Shown here: positions 30,779-39,713 of the stretch, piece by piece | Numbering within the stretch: position 1 is the first letter of the stretch | How the letters are laid out: every line of letters begins with the position of its first letter | Assembly: GCA_050253335.1 (NCBI GenBank) | Contig: JBFWJG010000009.1 | Span: 1 to 52,835, forward strand | DNA length: 52,835 bases | Reading direction: 5' to 3' | From: Deferribacterales bacterium | GTDB taxonomy: Bacteria; Chrysiogenota; Deferribacteres; Deferribacterales; Geovibrionaceae | The notes under the pieces: generated by a model | What the model was told of the DNA's origin: nothing | What the model saw: the letters and a program-made list of their open reading frames with translations, nothing else | Databases searched by the model: none | Translations under genes and position numbers: made by a program

Positions 30779-32209
30779 TTGATAGAAGCTTCAATTTTCA
30801 GGGATTATGACGTAAGGGGCACTGTGCCCGACAAACTTTCATACGATGCGGCGGCGCTTGTGGCAAACGCGTTTGCCCTAAAGCTCTTTAAAGAAAAAGG
30901 AAAAAAATGCAAAGTTGCCGTCGGACGGGATGTGCGCCCCTCCTCCCTTGAACTTTTCAGACGCACGGTTCAGGGACTTACCGATGCGGGGGCCGATGTT
31001 CTGGACGCAGGGGTATGTCCTTCCCCGGTAGTTTATTTCACCTCAAAAACCACGGATGCTGACGGCTACATAATGATAACCGGAAGCCACAACCCGCCTG
31101 AGTATAACGGAATGAAGTTCGGCAGCGACACAAGGGTCTATCACTCCGGCAGAATTCAGGAGATATACCGGAGCATACTTGAGCGCGGCTATGTTGAGGC
31201 GGCGGAAAAAGGCTCGGTTTCCGCTAGAGACATGACAGCGGAATATATCAGATGGAATCTTGCGCACTTCGAATCGCTCAGGGAAAAAATATGCAGACTG
31301 CCAAGAAAGCCTAAGGCAGTCATCGACTGCGGAAACGGCGTTGCCTCGAAGATAGCGCCCCTTCTTTTTGAATCTCTCGGAGCGGAGGTGATCCCCCTTT
31401 TCTGCGAAGAGGACGGCACATTTCCGAACCACCACCCAGACCCGACTGTGGATGCGAACCTGAAAGACGCGGCTGAAGCTGTGAAAAAACACGGGGCTGA
31501 CTTCGCCGCCGCCTATGACGGCGATGCGGACAGGATAGTCGCTGTCACAAACTCCGGACGGATAATAAGAGGGGACATGCTTCTTGCGGTTTTTGCAGGA
31601 GACCTTTGCAGACGTGAGGAAAAACCTGTGGTGATAGGCGATGTCAAGGCATCTCAGGCTCTTTATGACATACTTGAGGAGTGCGGAGCAAAGGCTGTTA
31701 TGTGGAAGGCCGGCCACTCCATGATCAAGGATAAAATGCTTGAGCTGAACGCTCCGCTGGCAGGGGAAACAAGCGCCCACATATTTTTCAATGACCGCTT
31801 CTTTGGTTTTGATGACGGGATCTACGCATCACTGCGTTTTTTTGAAATATACATCGACAGACTGCTTTCCGGAGAAATCGAAAATGCCGACGGACTGGTG
31901 AAAGACTTCCCCGAATATATAAACACACCCGAAATAAGACTGGATTTTCCCGACTCCGAAAAATTTTCGTTCGTTGAAAAAATGAAAAAAGAATTTGAGG
32001 CACTGAGCAAATCAGACAAACAAATCAGAAACATCAACGATATAGACGGAGTAAGGATAACTTTTGACAAAGGCTGGGCATTATTGCGCGCAAGCAACAC
32101 TCAACCTGCGGTCGTTTTGCGCTTTGAAGCTCTGGACAAAGAAACCATGGAGAGCTATATTCACCTGCTGGAGAAAATAACGGGGATGAAAATTGTTTTA
32201 CCGGACTGA
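30779..32209 (+). CDS. Phosphomannomutase/phosphoglucomutase (AlgC-like)
   Basis: IFRDYDVRG, TGSHNP, DGDADR, RASNTQP. Confidence 0.93.
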   Translation: MIEASIFRDYDVRGTVPDKLSYDAAALVANAFALKLFKEKGKKCKVAVGRDVRPSSLELFRRTVQGLTDAGADVLDAGVCPSPVVYFTSKTTDADGYIMITGSHNPPEYNGMKFGSDTRVYHSGRIQEIYRSILERGYVEAAEKGSVSARDMTAEYIRWNLAHFESLREKICRLPRKPKAVIDCGNGVASKIAPLLFESLGAEVIPLFCEEDGTFPNHHPDPTVDANLKDAAEAVKKHGADFAAAYDGDADRIVAVTNSGRIIRGDMLLAVFAGDLCRREEKPVVIGDVKASQALYDILEECGAKAVMWKAGHSMIKDKMLELNAPLAGETSAHIFFNDRFFGFDDGIYASLRFFEIYIDRLLSGEIENADGLVKDFPEYINTPEIRLDFPDSEKFSFVEKMKKEFEALSKSDKQIRNINDIDGVRITFDKGWALLRASNTQPAVVLRFEALDKETMESYIHLLEKITGMKIVLPD

Positions 32210-33251
32210 CACCAGACAGATTTCCGTGGGCAGTGTAAAAGTGGGCGGAGGCGCGCCTGTTTCCGTTCAGTCCATGACCAACACGGACACAAGAGACACC
32301 GAAGCCACAGTTGAGCAGATCAGGCGTCTGGAAGAAGCCGGATGCGAGATAATACGCGTTGCGGTAGTGGATCAGGATGCCGCTTCAGCCATAAAAAAAA
32401 TCAGGGAACAGATAAATATACCACTCATAGCGGATATTCACTTCGATCACAGGCTGGCTGTGGCTAGCCTCGAAAGCGGAGCGGACTGCATAAGGATAAA
32501 CCCCGGCAACATAGGCGGGGAGGACAAATGCATAAAAGTGATTCAGGCGGCCAAAGCCAACGGAAAATCAATCCGTATCGGAGTGAACTCCGGCTCAATT
32601 GAAAAAGAGATAAAAAAACAGTTCGGAGTAAGCGCGGAAGCGATAGTCCGTTCCGCAGCGGAGCATGTGCGGCTTTTTGAAAAGCACTCCTTCACGGATT
32701 TCAAAGTCTCGCTGAAGGCAAGCAGCGTAAATTTATCTGTGGCGGCATATACCCGCTTTGCGGAGGAATTCCCCTACCCGCTGCATGTGGGCATAACCGA
32801 AGCGGGAACCGTTTTCACAGGCACGGTTAAGTCGGCCGCGGGAATAGGCGCCATCCTCTCACGGGGCATAGGGGACACCATAAGGGTTTCCCTCACAGGA
32901 GATCCGGTTCTGGAAGTGCGTGTAGCATGGGAGATACTGAAATCTCTGGAACTAAGGCAAAGAGGAGTGCAGGTCATCTCCTGCCCCACATGCGGAAGAG
33001 CGGAGATTGACCTTATAAAGCTCGCGGAAGAGACAGAAAAAGCACTCTCCGCGTTTACCACACCCCTTCATGTCGCCGTTATGGGCTGTCCGGTCAACGG
33101 CCCGGGCGAGGCGAGGGAAGCTGACTACGGCATAGCCGGAGGCAGAGGACAGGGTCTTCTTTTTAAGAAAGGGGAGATTGTGAAGAAAACAGAGGAAAAA
33201 AATCTTTTATCCGAACTTCTCAGTATTTTAAGGGAAGACGGTGTAAAATAG
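32193..33251 (+). CDS. ispG: (E)-4-hydroxy-3-methylbut-2-enyl-diphosphate synthase
   Basis: VQSMTNT, ADIHF, RINPGNIG, CPTCGR, MGCPVNGPGE. Confidence 0.97.
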   Translation: MFYRTDTRQISVGSVKVGGGAPVSVQSMTNTDTRDTEATVEQIRRLEEAGCEIIRVAVVDQDAASAIKKIREQINIPLIADIHFDHRLAVASLESGADCIRINPGNIGGEDKCIKVIQAAKANGKSIRIGVNSGSIEKEIKKQFGVSAEAIVRSAAEHVRLFEKHSFTDFKVSLKASSVNLSVAAYTRFAEEFPYPLHVGITEAGTVFTGTVKSAAGIGAILSRGIGDTIRVSLTGDPVLEVRVAWEILKSLELRQRGVQVISCPTCGRAEIDLIKLAEETEKALSAFTTPLHVAVMGCPVNGPGEAREADYGIAGGRGQGLLFKKGEIVKKTEEKNLLSELLSILREDGVK

Positions 33252-33422
33252 ATTACTGAGAATCAGTATCCTCAAAAGTATTTATTGAGAAAAAGCCGCT
33301 GATTTGATGCCGAAGGGGTTCTGCATTTTACCGGAGTACAGCCTCTCTTCTTTGCTTTTTCCATAAAAATAGTTATATATAACCAGATTATCACGCATAT
33401 AGGTACGGCTGAAAGATATTAT

Positions 33423-35978
33423 ATGAAAAGCATAAAGCACTACATACTCGCCTCAACTCTCCTGACCGCGTTTTTGGTTTTCGCGGGTGTATATCTCATC
33501 AGCTCCTACTCCTATAATAAACTTCTCTTCGGCTACGCGGACAAAACAGCACGCATAATGCTTGAGCAGACGTTCAACTCTCTCTATGTGGCCATGGAGC
33601 GGGGCGCATCAAGGGAAGAACTTGAATACATAACGGAAAATATAGTCCGTTCCTTCAGCGAAAGCGATGTCAGCATAGAGATACACAGAAGCTACGCCGT
33701 AAGCGAGATGTTCGGCTATGTCGGTCATAAGGAACCGGATGAGATTGTTAAGGAAACATTCCGGAGCGGCGTTATGCGCACTCTGCACACCCATGATTCA
33801 CTGACGGAGGTTATACCTGTCATAGCGGAGAAAAACTGCCTCGGCTGCCACGATAATGTAATCGAGGGGGATGTGATGGGGGTTATCAAAACCACTCAGA
33901 ACTTCTTCTTCCTTCAGGATAAAACAGCGCGGAACATACGCCTTCTTCTTATGATAATTCTCCCTGTGCCCCTTCTTATAGGCGTTGTTGTATCCTTCTT
34001 CGTGTCAAAAAGGCTTAAACAGATGCTGGAGAAGCTTCACTCAAGCATAAGCAACATAAACTCCGTGGAGGATCTGAAATCGATCAGCCTTCAGCGGAGC
34101 GACTTCCAGCTCATGGAGGTTGCCGCCATAAACGAAGAGATAGAGGAACTTGCGGGCAGACTGCGCAGCATAGCAACCGACAACGACACCCTTCAGTTCC
34201 AGATAAGGCTCATGGAGCGTCTCGTGATCACCGCAGAAGCTATAACCGACTGGGTGGACTACACCAAGAAGCTTCTGCGCAGCGTGAACTCCGTGGTGTA
34301 CTGTCAGGCGCTTTTTGCTGTTTTCAAAACCGATGAAACCTACGAACTTTTTGTTTTCTGGAACCATAACCCGGACACTGAAACCAAAATGGCCTTTGAG
34401 GAAGCTGTTTTTGACATACCTGTGCTGAAGCTGATTTTCAGCGAAAATCCGCCTTCGATAAAGCATTACGTGGCGGAAATGGGAAAGGACATGACAAGAA
34501 TGAGCAAAGAGGAAATCTCCTCCCAGCTTAAAAACATAGCCTTCCCCGAAAGACGCATAGGCAACATCACGGGCATAGGGATACAGACTCCGTTCAATGA
34601 AGATAAATCAAAATCGATCGTTGTGGACAGCATACTGACCACACTGATGAATGTTGTCGGCTCGGTGAAGGCAATCCATCTTTACACCAAGGATGTGGAG
34701 TTTTTCGCCACAAGAGATCCGCTGACGAACCTTCACAATCAGCGCATGTTCTGGGATCTGCTCAAGGCTGAAACCAAGCGCGCGGAAAGGCATAAATCAT
34801 GGTTTTCCCTTGTGGTTCTCGACTTTGACAACTTCAAGCTGATCAATGACATCTACGGACACGCTTTCGGAGACAAGCTTCTTCAGAGGTTCGCGGAAAG
34901 GCTCAAAAGCACAAGCAGGGAAGAGGACATAGTTGCCCGCTACGGCGGCGACGAATTCACGCTTATCCTCCCCGAGGCCGATGAGGAAAACGCATACACC
35001 GTGGTTCAGCGCATCAAGGAAAACCTTGATGCCGTAAACGTTCTTGCTCCTGACGGCAAAAATATCAAGGCCACCACATCAATAGGCATAGCCAGCTACC
35101 CTTTTCACGCTGACGAGGATAAAAAGCTTTTCCTTGTGGCCAGCAACATGATGTACAAGGCAAAAAGGGAAGGAAAAAACAGAATCTGCATCCCCACGGG
35201 AGAGGATATAATAAACAGCCTCAAGGAGATGGGAGTTAAAAACCAGATAATTCTCAACGCCATAGAGAATAAAAGCCTTATCCCCTATTTTCAGCCGATA
35301 ATGTCTCTCACGGACAACAGCGTCGCAGTTCATGAGCTCCTCATGCGCATTCCCGTGAACGGAAGAATTATGCCCGCCGCCGAATTCATTGATGACGCAG
35401 AAGCCATGGGGGTCATGCACAGGATGGATCTGATGCTGATGGAAAAAGCCTTCGCCGAAATCAAAAGATCAGGCTATGCCGGATACCTCTTTGTGAACCT
35501 GTCTCCCAAGTCACTGATGATGGAGGAGTTTGCGGCGCAGATACTGAGCCTCACCGAAAACAACGGCATTGACAAAACCAAGATAGTTTTCGAAATAACG
35601 GAAAGGGAGACAGTCAAAAACATTTCGCTTCTGGCTCATTTTATAATGAAGCTCAAGAATGAAGGCTTCCTTTTCGCCATTGACGATTTCGGCTCAGGAT
35701 TTTCATCCTTTCACTACATTAAGAACTTCCCCATAGACTTCATAAAGATAGAAGGGGAATTCATACGCAACATAATAAATGATGATGTGGACAAGGCTTT
35801 TGTAAAAAGCGCCCTCACCCTTGCGGGTGAGCTGAATATACGCACTGTTGCCGAGTTTGTGGAAAACGGCGATGTACTCCGCTCCCTGAAGGAGCTGGGC
35901 GTGGATTACGCACAGGGCTACTTTATCGATAAACCCGCGCCCGCTCTTCTGGAAAACGGCGCCTCCAAAGTTTTCTAG
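33423..35978 (+). CDS. Membrane GGDEF-EAL protein with periplasmic c-type heme motif
   Basis: Two TMs flanking CLGCH; RYGGDEF; ELLMR; DDFGSGFSS; QGYF. Confidence 0.9.
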   Translation: MKSIKHYILASTLLTAFLVFAGVYLISSYSYNKLLFGYADKTARIMLEQTFNSLYVAMERGASREELEYITENIVRSFSESDVSIEIHRSYAVSEMFGYVGHKEPDEIVKETFRSGVMRTLHTHDSLTEVIPVIAEKNCLGCHDNVIEGDVMGVIKTTQNFFFLQDKTARNIRLLLMIILPVPLLIGVVVSFFVSKRLKQMLEKLHSSISNINSVEDLKSISLQRSDFQLMEVAAINEEIEELAGRLRSIATDNDTLQFQIRLMERLVITAEAITDWVDYTKKLLRSVNSVVYCQALFAVFKTDETYELFVFWNHNPDTETKMAFEEAVFDIPVLKLIFSENPPSIKHYVAEMGKDMTRMSKEEISSQLKNIAFPERRIGNITGIGIQTPFNEDKSKSIVVDSILTTLMNVVGSVKAIHLYTKDVEFFATRDPLTNLHNQRMFWDLLKAETKRAERHKSWFSLVVLDFDNFKLINDIYGHAFGDKLLQRFAERLKSTSREEDIVARYGGDEFTLILPEADEENAYTVVQRIKENLDAVNVLAPDGKNIKATTSIGIASYPFHADEDKKLFLVASNMMYKAKREGKNRICIPTGEDIINSLKEMGVKNQIILNAIENKSLIPYFQPIMSLTDNSVAVHELLMRIPVNGRIMPAAEFIDDAEAMGVMHRMDLMLMEKAFAEIKRSGYAGYLFVNLSPKSLMMEEFAAQILSLTENNGIDKTKIVFEITERETVKNISLLAHFIMKLKNEGFLFAIDDFGSGFSSFHYIKNFPIDFIKIEGEFIRNIINDDVDKAFVKSALTLAGELNIRTVAEFVENGDVLRSLKELGVDYAQGYFIDKPAPALLENGASKVF

Positions 35979-36481
35979 CCTCTGCGTAGCCTGTAGGAGG
36001 CGGAATCCAGAGCTTCGTAAAGAGCCTCCGGCAGCTCACCCGAATTTTTCTCGGTCTGTTTCAGCGCCGAAGCAAGTGAATCAGCGAGCCGGAGCAGATC
36101 TTTCCCGCCGGAAGCATCCCTCACCATATCCGCCAGTCTTTTAGCCACGGATTCCACGCTGTAGTAGCCCCTGCCTCTGACAAGATCCTCAAGCCTTTCC
36201 AGTTCCTCATTATCTCCGCCGAAACCGTAATCGTCCTCAAACAAGCCTTCATCAGCACCTGATAAAAGCTCTTCATAAGCCGACCATGTCTCGGCCATTT
36301 CATCAAAGATCCTCGATGCGCCCGCTATAACAGCCGCCTGAACTTCTCTGAACCCGCTGCCTGCCTGTTCCAGAAGAATCTCTTCAAAATCAAGACCCTC
36401 CGCTCTCTGCTCCTTCTGCGGAGCGGAAGCGCTTTTGTCCTGATTCAGACCTTTAACGGCCTGATTCAGTCTTATGTCCAT
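35975..36481 (-). CDS. Hypothetical acidic protein, probably sigma28-dependent (start MDIRL at 36481)
   Basis: GAGGTG RBS before 36481; coherent ORF; sigma28-like promoter upstream. Confidence 0.7.
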   Translation of the reverse strand: MDIRLNQAVKGLNQDKSASAPQKEQRAEGLDFEEILLEQAGSGFREVQAAVIAGASRIFDEMAETWSAYEELLSGADEGLFEDDYGFGGDNEELERLEDLVRGRGYYSVESVAKRLADMVRDASGGKDLLRLADSLASALKQTEKNSGELPEALYEALDSASYRLRRG

Positions 36482-36556
36482 TTCACACCTCAAAAATACT
36501 GTCCGTAAAAATCCCCTCGGGGAAGGTTGCGCCGAAATCACCCTCAGGGATCGATC

Positions 36557-36584
36557 CAATCGGCGATCAGAATCCTGATCTTTA
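36557..36584 (-). promoter_or_regulatory. Sigma28 (FliA/SigD)-type promoter
   Basis: TAAA-N16-GCCGATTG on the minus strand. Confidence 0.55.
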
Positions 36585-36713
36585 AGAATAATTTACGATC
36601 ATGCGTTAAAAAAGATCGGCTGTGTGTTTTAATCTTTTAGCGGAAATAGTTTGCAATGCCTGTTGAAAACAATGCTTAAAAATTATATGGTGGGTGAAGA
36701 CATGGAGGGTGTC

Positions 36714-37379
36714 ATGAACCTTGCTGAAGAACTGAAAAATGTTGAGCTTTTTTCCAAGATTGAAACATCCAAGCTTGAAAAAATCGCACAGTCACTCAAA
36801 ACCAAAAAGTTCAATAAGGAAGAAACCGTTCTTCATAAAGGAGATGCGGGCACAGAACTGTGCATAGTTCTTTCCGGCTCCTTCCGTGCCGTTCTCATTG
36901 ACGAGGACGGGGATGAAATACTCCTGCACCGCTTCGGCAGATATGACATTTTCGGCGAGTTCAGCCTCATAGACCAGAAGGAGCGCGCCGGAACAATCAT
37001 AGCCGATGAGGAGGCAAGCCTCTGCAAAATAGGCAGGGAGCCTTTTCTGCGCCTTATGAGAGAGGAGCCGGAGGTTGCCATAACCATGCTTCAGATTCTT
37101 GTGGGCAGGCTGAGAAAGGCGGACGAACTCATAGAATCCCTCGCATTTCTGAATGTTAAGGAAAGGATATTAAAGCAGCTTTTTGACATCGCAAAGGAAA
37201 ACGGCGAGAAGAACGGCAGCTATATCAGAATAAAAAAGCTCACCCATCAGGAAATAAGCTCCATGATCGGCGCATCCAGAGAATCTGTCACCAAGTGCAT
37301 GAAAATCCTTAATCTTGAAGGGCATGTGAAAATGAAGGGAGACAACCTTTATCTCAAGGAGCCTTCTCTTTTTTATTAG
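36714..37379 (+). CDS. Crp/Fnr family transcriptional regulator
   Basis: cNMP domain (FGEFSLID..ERA) and HTH LTHQEISSMIGASRESVTK; GGAGG RBS before 36714. Confidence 0.92.
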   Translation: MNLAEELKNVELFSKIETSKLEKIAQSLKTKKFNKEETVLHKGDAGTELCIVLSGSFRAVLIDEDGDEILLHRFGRYDIFGEFSLIDQKERAGTIIADEEASLCKIGREPFLRLMREEPEVAITMLQILVGRLRKADELIESLAFLNVKERILKQLFDIAKENGEKNGSYIRIKKLTHQEISSMIGASRESVTKCMKILNLEGHVKMKGDNLYLKEPSLFY

Positions 37380-37539
37380 GTTTTTCCGTGAAATACTGAC
37401 AGGGCATCCCTGAAGATCTGAAAACGGAGAGCGAAGGTATAAGCTTTGACTTGAAACCCAGTATCCTGCATCCGTGGGGCATCCCCTCTTCCCATGTAAC
37501 GTAGTAGCCTTCGCACTTGTAGCAGTTCACTCTTTTCAT
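37354..37539 (-). CDS. Small Cys-rich conserved protein (CxxC...C...C)
   Basis: NCYKC.YYVTWE...PHGC...GFKSK..PS..V..SSG.PC..F resembles a widespread ~60-aa family. Confidence 0.7.
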   Translation of the reverse strand: MKRVNCYKCEGYYVTWEEGMPHGCRILGFKSKLIPSLSVFRSSGMPCQYFTEKPNKKEKAP

Positions 37540-37618
37540 TTTTTAAAACCTGACCCCTTGTATCTGATTTCAGGGATGATATATTATCAGTAATTCAAAA
37601 TAAGTTAAAGAGGTTAAA

Positions 37619-39547
37619 ATGTTTGCTCTGTATTCCCCCGATATTCTCAGCAATAAAGAACAACAGATAAAAGAAGCAATAAACAGCGCAAAAAAACTGG
37701 CTGACGAACTGTGCAGGCAGGAAAACCCAACTTACGACAGCTTCATGAAGCCTCTGGAAAAGGCAGGGGCGGAAATCTCTAAGCTGTTCTTCCCCGTGGG
37801 GCACTTAAACAGCGTATGCAACAGCAAAGAAACTCAGGAGCTTTACGCAGCCTGCATCCCTCTCTTGAGCGACTACTCCACATGGTTTAACCAGAATGCG
37901 GAGATAATGGAGGCGGTTAAAAGAATCGCCGAAACGGAAGACCTCACCCCCGCAAGGCGTAAATCCGTTGAGGATTCTCTGCGCAGTTTCAGGCTTGGCG
38001 GCGTTGATCTGCCCGAGAATAAAAAGCAGCGTGTAAAAGAGATCTCCCTTGCACTGAGCGAACTCGGAAACGCCTTTTTCCAGAACCTGCTGAACGCCAC
38101 GGCGGCATATGAACTTGAAATAACCGATCCTGCGGACATGGAAGGGATACCTGAAAGCGACCTTGCCGGAATGAAAACCGAAAAAGGCTGGAAGCTCACC
38201 CTCCAGATGCCCGTTTATATTGCCTACATGACCCACGGCAGAAACAGGGGAATAAGGGAAAAGCTCTATAAAGCATACTGCACAAGGGCGCCCGAAAACG
38301 GCGGAGTTATAGAAAACACAATGCGCCTGCGCCATGAACTGGCACAGCTTACAGGATTTGAAAACTACGCGGAATACTCCCTCGCCTCAAAAGACGCAAA
38401 CAGTCCTGCGGATGTGCTCAAACTTCTTGAAACCCTCCTTGAGCGGGTGAAAAAATCTGCTGTAAAAGAGATTGAAGAACTCAGGGCATTTTTCGGCCAG
38501 GAGATCGAGAGCCACGACTTCATGTTTGTCTCCGAACAGTACAAGAAGCACCTTTACGGATTTGACGAGGAACTCTACCGTCCGTATTTTGAAAAGAACA
38601 ACGTCATAGAAGGAATGATCGGCTTTCTGGGCAGGGCTTTCTCTCTCAGGTTTGAGAAGAAGGATGTTCCCGTGTGGCATGAAAGCGTGACCGTTTACGA
38701 TATTTCAAGGGAAGGACGCGAATTCGCCCGCCTTTACATGGATATGGAAGCCCGCAAAGAAAAGCGGGACGGAGCATGGATGAACGACTGGGTTACAAGG
38801 CACACTCAGGACGGACAGATTGTCCCCGCCACTGCAATCATAGCCGCCAACTTCCCCGCCGCAAAGGACGGACGCCCCTCACTTCTCAGACACAGGGATG
38901 TGGTCACCCTTTTCCATGAAATGGGGCACGCCCTGCACCACATTTGCAGTGAGGTTGACGAAGCGGATGTGAGCGGCATAAACGGTGTGGAGTGGGACGC
39001 TGTTGAGTTCCCCTCACAGTTTCTGGAGCTTTTCGCCTATGAGGAGGAAGTGCTGTCCATATTCGCAAGACATTATCAGACAGGGGAAGTAATCCCCGCT
39101 GAGATGGTGGAGAGGCTGAAAGAAGTCCGCAGTTATCATGCGGCGCTTGTGATCCTCAGACAGATAGAGTTCGGCATGTTTGACATGCTGATACACCAAA
39201 AACCCTGCACGGAGGCGGAGGTGCAGGAGATTCTTGACAAGGTGCGCGAAAGGACATCGCTCATAAAGCCCCCCTCATACAACAAATTCCAGAACGGATT
39301 CAGCCATATATTCTCCGGCGGGTACGCCGCGGGCTACTACAGCTATAAATGGGCGGAGCGCATGAGCGCGGACGCATTCATGGAATTCAGAAAACAGGGA
39401 ATCTTCAGCAGGGAGCTTGCAGAGAGATACTTCAATATCATCCTCAAAAACGGCGGAAGCCGCAAAGCAATGGAACTCTACCGTGAGTTCATAGGCCGTG
39501 AGCCCGGCATAGACGCTATGCTCGAACTGGAAGGGATTAAGGCGTGA
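37619..39547 (+). CDS. prlC: Oligopeptidase A (M3 metallopeptidase)
   Basis: FHEMGHALH, WDAVEFPSQ, FSHIFSGGYAAGYYSYKWAE. Confidence 0.92.
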   Translation: MFALYSPDILSNKEQQIKEAINSAKKLADELCRQENPTYDSFMKPLEKAGAEISKLFFPVGHLNSVCNSKETQELYAACIPLLSDYSTWFNQNAEIMEAVKRIAETEDLTPARRKSVEDSLRSFRLGGVDLPENKKQRVKEISLALSELGNAFFQNLLNATAAYELEITDPADMEGIPESDLAGMKTEKGWKLTLQMPVYIAYMTHGRNRGIREKLYKAYCTRAPENGGVIENTMRLRHELAQLTGFENYAEYSLASKDANSPADVLKLLETLLERVKKSAVKEIEELRAFFGQEIESHDFMFVSEQYKKHLYGFDEELYRPYFEKNNVIEGMIGFLGRAFSLRFEKKDVPVWHESVTVYDISREGREFARLYMDMEARKEKRDGAWMNDWVTRHTQDGQIVPATAIIAANFPAAKDGRPSLLRHRDVVTLFHEMGHALHHICSEVDEADVSGINGVEWDAVEFPSQFLELFAYEEEVLSIFARHYQTGEVIPAEMVERLKEVRSYHAALVILRQIEFGMFDMLIHQKPCTEAEVQEILDKVRERTSLIKPPSYNKFQNGFSHIFSGGYAAGYYSYKWAERMSADAFMEFRKQGIFSRELAERYFNIILKNGGSRKAMELYREFIGREPGIDAMLELEGIKA

Positions 39548-39592
39548 CAGCCTGACTGCCTTAAAATACGTCCGTGCATAAATCCTCCCCTG

Positions 39593-39627
39593 CCCTCCTT
39601 TGCAAAAGGAGGGTTTTGCTTTTATTT
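39593..39627 (+). terminator. Terminator after prlC
   Basis: CCCTCCTTT-GCA-AAAGGAGGG followed by a T-rich tail. Confidence 0.7.
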
Positions 39628-39657
39628 GAGACCGTCTGTCTGTTTCAGATTTTAATC

Positions 39658-39687
39658 AAAAAAAAACCCCTCCGTTAAGAGGGGTTT
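39658..39687 (-). terminator. Terminator after the first feoB
   Basis: AAACCCCTC-N6-GAGGGG plus long T run on the minus strand. Confidence 0.8.
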
Positions 39688-39713
39688 ATCATTTTCATAA
39701 CTCAAGTATTTGT

